Part shown: piece after piece, positions 9,985 to 23,850 of the stretch
Layout of the letters: every line of letters begins with the position of its first letter
Position numbering within the stretch: position 1 is the first letter of the stretch
The notes under the pieces: generated by a model
Databases searched by the model: none
What the model saw: the letters and a program-made list of their open reading frames with translations, nothing else
What the model was told of the DNA's origin: nothing
Origin: Isurus oxyrinchus
Taxonomy: Eukaryota
Assembly: GCA_026770705.1 (NCBI GenBank)
Contig: JANJGN010000042.1
Location: 3,286,001-3,350,000 of the forward strand
DNA: 64,000 nucleotides
Direction: 5' to 3'
Position numbers and translations under genes: made by a program

Positions 9985-12347
9985 ACCCATTCTAACCTGT
10001 CTCTCTCTGAACTTACTGCACTCCATTCTCTCAGGTTCAACCCTGACATTGTCATCAAACCCGCTGACAAGGGTGGTGCTGTTGTTGTCTGGCGCACTGA
10101 CCTCTACCTCGCGGAGGCTGAGCGTCAACTCGCAGACACTTCCTCCTACCTCTCCCTGGACCATGACCCCACCACTGAACATCAAGCCATTGTTTCCAGG
10201 ACTGTCACTGACCTCATCTCCTCTGGGGATCTCCCTCCCACAGCTTCCAACCTGATAGTCGCCCAACCTCGGACGGCCCACTTCTATCTCCTACCCAAAA
10301 TCCACAAACAGAACTGCCCCGGTAGACCGATCGTCTCAGTTTGCTCCTGCCCCACAGAACTCATTTCTCGTTATCTTGACTCCCTTCTCTCTCCCCTTGT
10401 CCAGTCCCTTCCCACCTACATCCGTGATTCCTCTGACACCTTACGTCACATCAACAATTTCCAGTTCCCTGGCTCCAACCGCTTCCTCTTCACGATGGAC
10501 GTCCAATCCCTCTACACCTCCATCCCCCACCAGGATGGTCTGAGCGCCCTTAGCTTCTTCCTCGAACAGAGGCCCGAACAATCCCCATCCACCACTACTC
10601 TCCTCCGTCTGGCTGAACTTGTTCTCACGTTGAACAATTTCTCCTTCAACTCCTCTCACTTTCTCCAAATAAAAGGTGTGGCTATGGGTACCCACATGGG
10701 CCCCAGCTATGCCTGTCTCTTTATGGGGTATGTGGAACATTCCTTGTTGCAGTCCTACTCCGGCCCCCTTCCACAACTTTTTCTCTGGTACATTGATGAT
10801 TACTTCGGTGCCGCTTCATGCTCTCGTCGGGACTTGGAAAAATTTATTAATTTTGCTTCCAATCTCCCTCCCGCCATCATTTTCACGTGGTCCATCTCTG
10901 ACACTTCCCTTCCCTTCCTTGACCTCTCTGTCTCAATCTCTGGTGATAGACTGTCCACCAATATCCATTACAAACCCACCGACTCCCACAGCTACCTCGA
11001 CTACAGCTCCTCACACCCTGCTTCCTGTAAGGACTCCATCCCATTCTCCCAGTTCCTTCGCCTTCGTTGCATCTGTTCCGATGATGCTACCTTCAAAAAT
11101 GGTTCCTCTGACATGTCCTCCTTCTTCCTTAACCGAGGTTTTCCACCGACGGTCGTTGACAGGGCCCTCAACCGTGTCTGGACCATCTCCCGTGCATCTG
11201 CCCTCACGCCTTCTCCTCCCTCCCAGAAACATGATAGGGTCCCCCTTGTCCTCACTTATCACCCCACCAGCCTCCGCATTCAAAGGATCATCCTCCGCCA
11301 TTTCCGCCAACTCCAGCATGATGCCACCACCAAACACATCTTCCCTTCACCCCCCTTATCGGCATTCCATAGGGATCGCTCCCTCCGGGACACCCTGGTC
11401 CACTCCTCCATCACCCCCTACTCCTCAGCCCCCTCCTATGGCACCACCCCATGCCCACGCAAAAGATGTAACACCTGCCCCTTCACTTCCTCTCTCCTCA
11501 CCGTCCAAGGGCCCAAACACTCCTTTCAAGTGAAGCAGCATTTCACTTGCATTTCCCCCAACTTAGTCTACTGCATTCGTTGCTCCCAATGTGGTCTCCT
11601 CTACATTGGAGAGACCAAACGTAAACTGGGCGACCGCTTTGCAGAACACCTGCGGTCTGTCCACAAGAATGGCCCAAACCTCCTGTCGCTTGCCATTTTA
11701 ACACTCCACCCTGCTCTCTTGCCCACATGTCTGTCCTTGGCTTACTGCATTGTTCCAGTGAAGCCCAACGCAAACTGAAGGAACAACACCTCATCTTCCG
11801 ACTAGGCACCTTACAGCCTTCCGGTCTGAATATTGAATTCAACAACTTTAGGTCGTGAGCTCCCTCCCCCATCCCCATCCCCTTTCTGTTTCCCCCTTTT
11901 TCCTTTTTTTTCCCTATAAATTTTATAGATTTTTCTTTTCCCACCTATTTCCATTATTTTTAAATATTTTAAAATCTTTTATGCTCCCCCCACCCCCACT
12001 AGAGCTGTACCTTGAGTGCCCTACCAGCCATTCTTAAATAGCACATTCGTTTAGATAATATCACCAACTTTAACTTTAACACCTATGTGTTCTTTTGTAC
12101 CATTGTCGCTGACATCTTTTGATGATCTGCTTCTATCACTGCTTGTTTGTCTACACAACCACCTCTCTCTCTCTCTATCTCTCCGCCCCCCACACACACA
12201 CCTTAAACCAGCTTATATTTCAACTCTTTCTTGGACTCGAAATCAAGTTCTGTCGAAGGGTCATGAGGACTCGAAACGTCAACTCTTTTCTTCTCCGCCG
12301 ATGCTGCCAGACCTGCTGAGTTTTTCCAGGTAATTCTGTTTTTGTTT
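9985..12347 (+). mobile_element. Penelope-like retroelement, 5'-truncated, young
   Basis: Frame is open from at least IVIKPADKGG (10048) through RT (WYIDD) and GIY-YIG. One frameshift near 11680; natural stop at 11856-11858. Possible 8-bp TSD TAAAATTT (9977-9984, 12348-12355). Confidence 0.95.
12246..12284 (+). ncRNA. Minimal hammerhead-like motif (core CUGUCGA)
   Basis: AGTT-CTGTCGA-A-GGGTC-ATGAG-GACTC-GAAA-CG-TC-AACT. Confidence 0.6.
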
Positions 12348-12764
12348 TAAAATTTTAAATCCATGTTATTGAACAATCTTGATTTTCGAACAAATATTGA
12401 TTTGAAGAAGTTAAGTACTTACGATCCAGTACAATTTCTTAATAGTTTAGTGTGCCTTTCTCTTAACTTTTAAAAGGAATTCTCTCAGAACTCAACCCTT
12501 TGTGTCCTCAAGATGGCCGAGCTATGTCTCTGTGGTTGCTTGTCTGGGTAATGGCTTTTACAGGGGGCAAGTGTCTTCTCTCTGTAGCCTAGTGTACTAT
12601 CTTTACATTGGTAAACTTATCAGTTCCACCGTTGAATCAAGTATTGATGATCCATATTCCATATCATTCCGCCATACCACCAAACTGATGTTGTAGCTGG
12701 GAATTTCAGCACTAATTCCGTCCTTCTCTCTCCAACTCTCTCTCTTTCTCTCTCTGCCTTACTG

Positions 12765-13505
12765 CTAACTTTCTCACGATCGTGACCCTTTCCGAGGACG
12801 ATGTGGTCTCTCCAGATGCCAAGTATCTGGTATCCATGGCAGTGACAGATCTCCTTGTGATTATCAATACACTGGTATTAAGCTGTTTCTGGCTGTTTAT
12901 TTTCCAGTCAGTTTTATGTCCACCACTCTCACCTGTCGTCTTATTGTTGCTCTAAGCTTCCCTTCCAGAGACTGCTCCCTCTGGTTAACTTTCGCTTTCA
13001 CCTTTTACCACTTTCTAGCCATTTGTCACCTGGAGTTGAAAATGAAATGCTGCACTGAAAAAACAGCAGCTGTAATTTAAGCAATGGTCTGGATGGTGGT
13101 TTCTTTGATAAACATCACTTTTTATTTCATAAATTAACCTATGTATATCTTTAATAATGTAGTCTGTCTCTGGAGCATAACATTGGCATTTTATATTTCA
13201 GTTCCATGGAGAATGTTTGACTGGCTGGATTGTATTCTAACTCCATGCCTCTTCTTCCTCCTGATTTTACTGCTCAATACTGTGACAGTCAGAAAAATTC
13301 TCCTGGCAAGTAGATCCCACAGCAGACTCTGATCCTACAGAAGTGGAGAGAATCAGTTTGACCCAGAGATGGGCAGCCACAGCAAGTCTATTTTTCTACT
13401 CTCCTCCATGTCAGGCAGTATTCTCCTGCAGGAGTTGACATATATTGTGCATTTCCTGTTTGCATAAATTACAGGAAATAGCTGTTTTACCAGTTCCATT
13501 TCCAA
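12765..13505 (+). pseudogene. GPR139/142-like class A GPCR pseudogene (main exon)
   Basis: ANFLTIVTL..RGRCGLSRC..YLVSMAVTDLLVII..CTEKTAA..DWLDCILTPCLFFLLILLLNTVTVRKILLASR..DPEM. Many stops and frameshifts, acceptor mutated to TG, 3' end replaced by CR1. Paralog of 60935-61844. Confidence 0.85.
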
Positions 13506-13529
13506 ATCAATGCCCCAGCTGCCTCTCTT

Positions 13530-14700
13530 TTCCCGAGGAAGAGAATTCAAAAGTCTACTGAACCTCCTCATATTCATCTCAAATTGGAAACCCCAATTTT
13601 AACTATGCACCCCCTAGTCCTTGACTCCATTATAAGGGGAAACGTCCTCCCTGGATGCACCCGGCCAAAGCCTCAAAGAATCGTTTATGTTTCAATAAGT
13701 TCACCTTTCATTTTGCTAAACTCTAACGCTTAAAGGCCAAAACTTCTCAAGCTTTTCTGATCTGGCAAACACTTCACCTCAGGAATCAGCCTCGTGAACC
13801 TTCTCTCAACTCCTTCCAAAGTAATTATATCACTCCTTAAGTCAGGAGGTCAAAACTGCACACAATGCTCAAAACGCAGTCTCACTAAGGGCCTGTATAT
13901 TTGTTGAAACATTGCCTTCATTATACGGCTCACTCCCTATCCAATAAATGTCAACTTTCCATTTAACTTCCCAAATACTTACTGCATCTGCAAACTAGCT
14001 TTTAGTGATTCATGTAACAATAAACCCATATCGTTCTGTAACACAGATTGCTGCAGACTCTCCATTTATATCCTAATCTGCTTTTCCTTTGTTCCTGTCA
14101 AAGTGGTCAATATCACTATTTCCTACATTATTCTCCGTCTGTCACTTTTCTGCCCACTAACTATGCATATCTTTTTACAGGCTTTTGCTGTGCTGCTCAC
14201 AACTTGCTATCACTGATATTTTTGTGTCGTCAGCAAATTTAGTCACCCTATTGTCAGTCCCTCCCTCCAGGTCATTGATACATATCACAAAGAGTTCATA
14301 CCCCAGCACTGAGACCCGTTGCACTCCTTTAGTTAGTTTGTCGTCCCGAAAGTGATCCATTTTGCGGGCTCTCTGCTTACTGTTAGGTAAGCAGTCCTGT
14401 ATCCAGTTTAATGTGTTACCCTCAGTATCTCCTACCTTGCTTAGCAAGACTTTCGGTGGCACCTTTTCGACTGCCTTTTTGGAAACCTAAATACACAGTA
14501 TCTGTTCATTCTCCATTATACACCCTGCTTTTTACCTCCTCAAGGACCTTGAATACTTTGGTCAAGCACCTTTATGGCCCTTTCACAAAACATTTTTGAC
14601 TTTGGCTGGTTGTATTATGAGTTTCTGTATGCCCTGATGTTGTCTCCTGAATAATGTCTCAAGCATTTTCCCTGTGACAGATGTTAGACGAACAGAGCTA
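13530..14700 (-). mobile_element. CR1-type LINE RT fragment
   Basis: GVQRVSVLG..INDLEGG..KFADDTKI. Confidence 0.8.
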
Positions 14701-15987
14701 TCGTCCTGCTTTCTACTTTTCTGGTTTTCCTACACGCTGGGGCCATTCCAAAATCCATAGAATTTTGTTGATTGCTACAATTTCGAGCTGTCTCTGTTTA
14801 TGCTTATAATAAAGATTTTCAGTTTTTCTACTGTGTGTATCGAACCGATGTAATCTAACCCAGTTTTCTATAGCTGTAGCAAAACGTTCCGCAACTCATA
14901 CAGCCCGATAGTGTCCGATTTCATAGTTAATGTGAAACGACTCAGTAAAGCAAAGCCTTGTTTGATCGGAATAAGTATTGATCAAATTCGATTGGGAATC
15001 AGTTCTACAATAATAAATTTTCAAGACGGATTCAGAATCCCAAATTGAACTTGCAGTGTTTTTGGGTAGGGGAACTCCAGCAAATGTCAAGCACATTGCA
15101 TCGAAACTGCAAAGGCTCCTGCACAACTGTCCATAACGTTTTTTCTTAACTCACGAGTTTCAATGGAGAATTGTATAATTGCTTGAACGGGAGAATTGCA
15201 GGGTAATGGGGAAAAAAGGCAAGAATCGGGACTAATTTGACAGCTGTTTCAAAGATCCGGGCTCGGTACAATTGCCAAATGGCCTAGCACGTTGTAAAGT
15301 TGTAATACAATTTCTTGGACCAAATTCTGCAACTTTCCTAATACCTCGTTCTCGAACATGATTCCTAAAGGGAAAATAAAAAAGGTTCCGGTGTGCGTCA
15401 AGCCTGCACTATTTAAAATTTTGGCTGTTCCTCCATGTTGTTTGCTGTGGTGTGTTTCTGTAATGGATTGCTTATCGCGTATTTTTCACACGTGTAAGGC
15501 TACCTATTTGAAATCGAACAGAAATATTATCTTCCTTTGTATTGCCTTCACACAGAAAGACAAGAATGCTTCTTTCCTGGCCGGAAATGTTATCACACTG
15601 AGTCTTGTGTAATGGTGAAGGAATTTGGACGTCCAAGCTGTTTATAGAAAATTTCAAGGTGTGGTCAATGCTTATAATAACATCCACTCATGAAAGCTAG
15701 AAGCAATTTTCTGTCTGTCTATTAATGAGACGTTAAAAAATCATTTTGGATTGAGGATGTTTTATTCTTTTTACGGACAACAGATTGGACCATGCAATGC
15801 AATCTACCCGAGATTTTAATGTCACATTTTTCCATAACGTGACACTTAAACTTATTAATAGTTTCCTGCCCTAAACAAGCCACCGTGCAAGATTTTAGGA
15901 CACCGTTGTGTTTCCTGAAATCCCAGCTGTCACCTGTGAAGCCATTGAACCGGCAGGTCCGCGGGTTTTAACAAGATTGGGATGCTG

Positions 15988-16006
15988 GTGCGCCATCCTG
16001 TGGCCA
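15988..16006 (-). promoter_or_regulatory. Candidate CTCF-binding motif
   Basis: Minus strand TGGCCACAGGATGGCGCAC matches the CCACYAGRKGGCRS consensus at most positions. Confidence 0.4.
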
Positions 16007-16164
16007 CAGCAGGTAAATGAATTAAAAACAAAATGCGGAAATGCTCAACAGGACACACATTCGCAATTATCTTGAAACAATAGTCCAGGCAGCGTTTGTG
16101 GGGATACGAACAGTGTTAATATTTTAGGTCGAGAAACTTTCAGGATCAGAGTGCAGCGAGAGTT

Positions 16165-16209
16165 GATGGATGGATGGACAGACAGAAGTCCGATAGATCG
16201 ATCAATGGA

Positions 16210-16245
<36 letters not shown>

Positions 16246-16252
16246 TAGACTG
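16165..16252. repeat. Compound (GATG)n/(GATA)n/(GACA)n microsatellite
   Basis: Seen directly. Confidence 0.9.
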
Positions 16253-16925
16253 ATAAATTTATTGATGCCATCTATATCTACAAATAATACATGTAATTCC
16301 CCTCGTACGTATCATTATGTTAATTATCTTCTTACTCTGCCAACTGCCCCTGTAATGTGGCTTAATTTTAGATACTAATGCATCATGAAGAGGAATGACA
16401 ACGCTATTTCGCATTTCTTTTAAATTACCTACTAACAAGAATTGGCTGTCCGATGTTGTGCTGTGCTACAGTCTAGAGACAAGTGGTAGAAGAAAGACGT
16501 GAGGAGAATGCACAAGAATTCACTTTTCATCGGACAAAAGAGACAAATAACACACCAATCTAAGAAATGAGTGTGACACCAAGGAAATATAAAGGTAACA
16601 TGTGAAATAAATGGCCAGAGTAATTTAATGAAATGAAATAATATGTCTCATTATTCCAAAGTGAATGCTGATCTATTACCCATTTTCAGGCGTAATGACT
16701 CCTGATCCATCCAGAACCGTGCATTTTGTCAGTGACCTGCCTACTTGGAATCTTTCAATGTAAAGTGTGAAGGTAGCTTTACTCCGTCTCTCTTCAGTTA
16801 CGTATCTGAACTGGAGGGGTTTGTGGGACACTGTAAAGGGTGATTTTCCTTGGTATGTATCTCACGTTGTTCCAGATTGATAGGCTTGATTGATACATTG
16901 ATCTGATGGAAATCAAACTGAGGAT

Positions 16926-17457
16926 CACACGAACACATGCACACAAAGACACAAAGGTGCACACGAAAGCACAGACACAGTCACACAAACACAGATGCAC
17001 TTATACACACAAACACAGACACACACGTATGCTCACAAATATGCAGGTACACAATAGCACACGTGCACACACACACACGGAAGCACATTCACAGATAAAC
17101 ACACACAAACACAAACACACATGCACACACACGGACACCTATGCTTGCATACACAAACGGACACATACGCATAGACACGCATGCACAGAAACAAAGATGT
17201 ACACAGACACACACATATGCACAGATATGTACAAGTAAACACAAACACACACGCACACACACACACACACAGAAACACACAACCACACACGAATACATAC
17301 AAACACACGAACACACACATATACATACACAAATGGACACATACATACATATGTAGAAACACACACTCACACAAATACACGCATACATAGACGCACAAAT
17401 ACGCAGACCAACACAATCACACACACCCACAGTAACACACACACAAAACACACATAA
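16926..17457. repeat. Degenerate (CA)n-rich tract
   Basis: Seen directly; it is the source of spurious His/Thr and Cys/Val ORFs. Confidence 0.95.
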
Positions 17458-17789
17458 CCATGTTTGACCCAAAATGCTGACTAACCTTCAATAACAAAAT
17501 ATTAATCACCCTTAATTTACAGACTTAATCATTTTTGGTTCCATTATTAGATAATTAGTAATATCGCAACAATTTATTCTGATGAAACCAACAGCCGAGC
17601 CTCATCATTGTGAAATTATTTAAATGAAGTCCATCTGTTTCACCGAAAAGGTTGTGACTTGGGCATTCAAAAAAAAACAGAGCCAAATAATCTCAAAATC
17701 AATATTACATAGAAACCGTAGCCAAAGGCCATCAATTGCAGCAATAATAAGATCAAAACAATAACACCATAATCAGTTTTATTGTTGAT

Positions 17790-18968
17790 TTATGGGATGT
17801 GGGCTTCGCTGGCTGGGCCAGCATTTAGTGCCCATCCCTAATTGGCCTTGAGAGGGTGGTGGTGAGTAGCCTTCTTGAACTGCTGCACTTCCTGTGATGT
17901 GGCAACTGTGTGGCTACGGAGGGAGTTCCAGGAATTTGACCCAATGACAGTGAAGGAACAGTGATATATTTCCAAGTTAGGATGGTAAGTAGATTGGAGG
18001 GGATCTCTCCGGCCGTGGCACCCCCATCTATCGTCTGTGGGTGAGTTGCCAATCATACTAGTTGCTTTTTCCTGCATATTGTTTATCTTCCTGGGCCTTG
18101 TTGGAGCTACACATTCATCCAGGCAAGGGGAGAGTACACAGTCACATTCCTGACTTGGGTCTTGTAGATGGTAGGCAAGCTTTAGGGAGTCAGGAAGTGA
18201 GTTACTTGCCTAGGATTCCTAGTGCCTGACGTGCCCTTGTAGCCACAGCATTTATATGTCTACTCCGGTTCAGTTTCTGGCCAACGGTAACCCCCAAGAT
18301 ATAGACGGTGGGAGGTGGGGTGGGGTGGAGTGGGTGGATTGTCAAGGAGCGATAGTTAGATTTTTTCTTGTTGGAGATGGTACTTCCGTGGTGTGAATGT
18401 TCCTTACCACTTGTCAGCCCAAGCCTGGATATTGTCCAGGCCCTGCTGCATTTGGATATGGACTGCTTTAGTATCTGAGGAGTCATCAATGATGCTGGGC
18501 GTTGTGCAATCATCAGCAAACATCTCCACTTCTGACCTTATGATGGAAGGAAGGTCATTGATGGAGGAGCTGAAGATGGTTGGGCCTAAGGCAGGATCCT
18601 GACGAGCTCCTGCAGTGATATCCTGGAACTGAGATGATTGATGTCAAACAACCACAACCTTCTTCCTTTGTGCTCGTTATGACTGCAACCAGTGAAGTGT
18701 TTTCCCCCCGATCCCATTGATTCAAGCTTTGCTTGGGCTGCTTGATGCAACACTCAGTCAAATGTGGCCTTAACCTCATGGGCAGTCAATCTCACATCAA
18801 CTCGGGAGTTCAGCTGTACTGGCCATATTTGAACTAAGGCTGTAATGAGATCATGAGCTGAGCGACACTGGCGGAACCGAAACTGTGAGCCTCAGGGAGC
18901 AGGTTATTGATAAATAAATGCCTTTTGTTTGCATTGTTAATGACCCCTTCCAACACTTTACTGATGAT
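17790..18968 (-). mobile_element. CR1-clade LINE 3' portion
   Basis: RT remnants (..SEVEMFADDCT..) and a 3' UTR shared with 22915, 29415 and 31150. Confidence 0.8.
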
Positions 18969-20039
18969 AACCCAGGCATATTCGTCAATATTTTAATTTA
19001 CAGTCGCAGTTTCCATTTGAGATCTCCCATGAAATAATTCCATTTGAGGTCCCCCATCTTTGCTTAAACTTACAGAGCTGCCAATTGACCGGTGCCACTG
19101 GTGAGAGCTGCAGCTTTCAGGAAATATCTTTCTGTCATGAAGCTACGCCGCATACAATGCTTTATGAAGAACAAGGACTATATACAAATTGAGGCGCTAA
19201 GACACAGGATGCAAACAAAGTAAACTGGCAGAGTCATTGCATTTCATGGTCCAATGAGTGTTAACATTGAATGAGGATTGAGGAATGAGGATTTTGATGA
19301 GAATTGAAGTCAGTTTCAATCGAACTGCTCCTTACAATAAACGGCAGGTATGGGCAGGACTATGACGTCACACAGACATGCCTGTCGCTGATTGACCCTG
19401 CATTGATGATGTCACATCACTGTGCTTGGTTGTTACCCGCATTGATTCAGGAGCAGGGATCATGACCGGTTCCAACCTCTGTCCAGTTCCGCCTGTGACT
19501 CCTGACTCAGGGTTATGACCCCGAGGGAGAGAGCCCTTGGCATCTCAATGGTAGTGAGTCTGTCCAACGCTATAAAGGGCAGGGAAACTGGAAAGAACTG
19601 AGGCAGTGGTTAAGCACGAAAGCTGATTAGGGAGGAAGCTCGTCCTCAACAGTAACGTGGTAGGGAGCGGTGGTGGTGGGGAGATTAGGACAGAGAAAGA
19701 GTTAAGACACCAACATGAATTGCTGCATATAAGTCTGAGGATTTCAGAAGGGTTGTTAATTATTCCCTCCCTTTACGTTATGATATTCAATAACAAATGA
19801 CCTTGAGCCTTTACTCTAGTTTGCTTCGTGGGAAAGTGACAGCGCACCAGAGATATAATTTTGGAAGATCCTGGAATGTGAACAGAAATATGTTGCTATT
19901 CCCATAACCTGGAGACTCTGAAGGGATCTCTGACGTGACGATGAAGGGGATGGAGAGAAAACCCTGGGATGATAATCAGTCAGTTGAGGAAGAGATTGTC
20001 AGAGGGCATGAAGCAGAGAGAGAAAGAGGATCCACAGGA

Positions 20040-20690
20040 ACATAAGAGGGGGAGTGAGCCATTGCTCATGTCCAGCCTGCCCCGCCATGCAATACTATCG
20101 TGTCTGGTCATCTACTTCAATGCCTTTCCCCACATTATTCCCAAATCCCTTTTATGTCATTGGTATTTAGAGATATGTCAACCTCTACTTTAAACATACT
20201 CAATGGCTAAGCTTCTACAGCCCTCTGGGTTAGAGAATCCCAAAGATTCACAAACCTCTGGAAAAAAAAGCAACCCTCGTCTGTCCTAAGTGGATTCTAC
20301 CTTATTTTGAACTTTGTTCCTGGTTCTAGACTCCCCGGCGTGGACCAACATCTGACCTGCATCTACCCTGCCTTTCCCTTTTAGTATTTTAGTGTTGTCA
20401 TTGTACAATAATAAGGGCTCACCCTTTAAGGACGGGGGCTAAAACGAAATTCTTCTCTCAGATGGTCGTCAGTCTTTGGAATTATTTTCCCCAGGGAGAG
20501 CTGGGGGTTGGGTAATTGAATATGTTCAAGGCTGAATGAGACAGAATTTTGATCTACAAGGGAGCCACAGGTTATGACGGCAGGCGGGAAAATAGAGTTA
20601 ATGTCACAATCAGGTCAGCATGATCTTGTTAAATGGCCGAGTAGGCTCGAGAGCAAATGGCCCACTCCTGCTCCCATTTCTTTCGATCGT
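20040..20690. mobile_element. Two CR1 3'-end fragments in opposite orientation
   Basis: Similar to the CR1 tails at 56510-56900 and 52330-52595. Boundaries approximate. Confidence 0.55.
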
Positions 20691-22914
20691 GTTGCCTAAA
20701 TTCAAATCTTTGCTTCCCCTGTCTATCGTTAGGGCCTTTTAATTATCTGCCTAAAATTTCAAGCTGTGCTTCTATCCAATCCAAGTGGACGTTCAGATTC
20801 TCATCGTCCGGCCAAGATAATTAAAACCATTTCCAAAAACACCAGCAAACAATCATGCCAGGATATTTATTTTAGAGCCATTGAGTTGCAGCCCATCGGC
20901 ATTCGAAGGTCTTTCTTTCTCCCAAATCATCCCAATGCCCCAGGAATCTGAAGTGGGAGATTGTGGCATTAATGGAAATAATGGTAATTCCATTAACGGA
21001 ATGAATTAGTTGATGAATTGCAGTTAAACCCTGTAACCTACACTCAAATACTTTCTGGGACTTATACCAGGCAAATTTACACAAAGATGTGGTATTTGAT
21101 TTTTAGCAGTTAGGATTATTGATTATCTAAGTAAAGAATTTTACAATTATCGATTAATTTGCCACAACAGCAAAGCATGAGCTTCCCTAGGGTCCTCAGT
21201 TTGAATTCCATCTGACTCAGAACAGAAACGGGGAAAGTCTTGGAAGTGAATGCATTGGGAAGTTGTTTCATTACAATTTAGTCTCACAGTGTTGTGTTGC
21301 TAAGGAAAATAAATTGCAGAACAATACAGTTATGTTCGTGCAACGTTCGAGTTATATCACTCATAGCCACATGGGGTCGCTATTTCACTAGAACACGCTG
21401 GCGCAATCTCTTCAAGTGGAATTATCTGCTATCATGTGTTTCAGCCCCATTTCCCATATTATATAATGTAAATTATGCTCATTTGACAGATAGTCAATAA
21501 GCAGGCTCCTCATCGCCATCTATACAAGTGTCTCATCATTGCCAACACACGACCATCTGAATTGGCACCAGGCCTGCCGTGGTCCTCAGCTATTTGTCTT
21601 CCGGCTCCAGATTCCATAAACCCCGTTGTTTCGTTTTCAACGAGAAAAGGGAACCTTCCACCTGAGCACAATCTACACCCATTGCATCATCGAATATGTG
21701 TTCTAACACGTGGAACAGCCTTTAGTGGAAAGGCTGATAGGATCAAGTGCTATTCTGTATTGCCACCACATCTGAGCCAGCATTCTGAACCAGGCTTTAT
21801 AATGTTAGACCGGGCCTGCCTCAGCTGATGGGCTAACCCGACGAAATGACTGGATTGAAATGTTTTGTCATAAACCTATCCTTTTCAGCCACACATCATC
21901 CTACATTGGCATTTTGCAACTGTGGCCAGTGAATGGTTCTGATGATGAAATGATTGCTTTTCCATTTTCAACGTCTCCTTACAACCTGCATTTTTCACCT
22001 TCGCCATGTTATGTGCGGGAGTTCTGACGGTCCAGACTGTGCATCATCAGGTGCTGTGTGCATTCATTTGCAGCACAATTAATTAGATCCACAATCTGTA
22101 TACAAATGGGTGACATACCCCATATTCTTCAGTCCATGGTTGAATAGTGCATGTAGAAGGCAATATGTATAAAGGCCTGATGTACATGAAACTTCACCAT
22201 GTTACTGCAAGTGTAAGCTGAAAATAAAAATGTTTTACGTAATAAACAGAACAAATCAGTTCAGAATAAGTCCCTGCCACAAACGGTCAACTTTGGTGCT
22301 GGCCAATTAGTTAACTTTTAGGGAGAACAATCTATCAGAATTCTCAACGGCAACAAAGGGCTGAAATCTCAGTGGAAGAGGCAGGTTAAATTGTTCTCAA
22401 ACTAATTTCAACAGAAGTGTTAACCAAAGGCCAGGGATAGCAATAGATGCGGGAAAGGGGATACTTCAATAAGAGAAAGGGCGAGCAACTGCTTAAAGAA
22501 TCCTGCAGGGGCATTGTGATGGGTGATAAGGGTAATCATTGATAGGAGGCCATGCTGACTGGTTTCAGCCAGACCGTTTGGTGGGTCGACAGAGAGCCAA
22601 AGAGTGCGAGTCTGTTGATGTGTGGTCAAACATGTTAACTGATTGTGAAAGGAAGTTCTGACTGAGATATGACAAAGAGATCTAACTCTCATCAATGGAA
22701 TAGAAAAGTAAAATGGTTAGAAATAGAAAAAAAAGGTAATTTGTTCAATTGAAGTGGGAAAGAGAGAAAAGTGACTTATATTCATCAATGGATCATGGAA
22801 AGAGAGGGAAAGGGAATTGAATTGCTGAATTGAAGACTGGCAGAGAGGGGAAGGGAAGTAGGAATAACCGTCTTGAATTGAAGAGTGAAAGGCAGGAAAA
22901 GGAAGGCTTTTTGT

Positions 22915-23850
22915 TATTCATTCACGAGGTATAGGCCTCTCTGGTTAGGCCAGAATTTATTGCCTATTGCTGATTACCCTTGCCAATGTGCTGGTGAGCT
23001 GCCTTCATGAATTGTTGCAGTCCATGGGGTGTAGGTACACCCAGAGAACTGTGAGGGAGGGAATTCCAGGATTTTGACCCAGCCACACGAAGGAGCAGCA
23101 ATATACTTCCAAGTCAGGATGATGAGTTGCTTGAAGGGCAACTCCCAGTTGCTGGTGTCCCAATGTGTCCGCTGTCCTTGTTTTATGGATGGTAGCGGTC
23201 GTGGGTTTGGAAGGTTTCGTCTCAGGAGCCTTGGTGAATTCCTGCAGAGCATCTTGTAGCTGGTACACTTTGCTGCCACATTGCGTTGGTGGTGGAGAGA
23301 GTAAATGTTTGTGGATGTAGTGAAAATCAAGCGGCATTTTTGGCCTAGACGGTGTCAAGCCTCGTGAGTATTGTTGGAGCTGCACACATCCAGCAAGTGG
23401 GGAGAATCCTAACCTGTACCTTGTAGGTGGTGAACAGGCTTTGGGGAGTCAGAAGGTGAGTTACTCGCCGCAGGATTCATACCCTCTGACTTGCTCTCGT
23501 AGTCACACATTGTATATGGCTCGCCCAACTCAGTTTCTTGTTAAAGGTAACCCCAAGGTATTTGACATTGGGGATTTCAGCGATGGCAATGCATTGAACG
23601 TCAAAGGTCAATGGTTAGATACTCAGTTGTTGGAGATGGTTATTGCCTCTCACTTGTGAGGTGGGGATGTTAATTGCCAAATGTCAGCCCAAGTCTGGAT
23701 ATTGTCCAGGTCTTGCTGCATTTGGTCATGGACTGCTTCAGTACCTGAGGAGTGGCGAATGGTGCTGAACATTGTGCAATCAGCGAATATCTCCACTTCT
23801 GACCTGAGGATGAAAGGAAGGTCATTGATGTACCAACAGAAGATGGTTGA
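22915..23850 (-). mobile_element. CR1-clade LINE 3' portion
   Basis: Same family as 17790-18968. Confidence 0.8.

Noticed and set aside
10441-11944. Long overlapping and antisense ORFs (e.g. 10676-11533, 11011-11337)
   Set aside because: Shadow frames of the C/T-rich Penelope ORF, repeated in the other copy.
16794-17472. His/Thr-rich and Cys/Val-rich ORFs
   Set aside because: Translations of the (CA)n tract.
21284-21325. CACAGTG heptamer (also at 5213-5219)
   Set aside because: No nonamer at the right distance and no V coding end.
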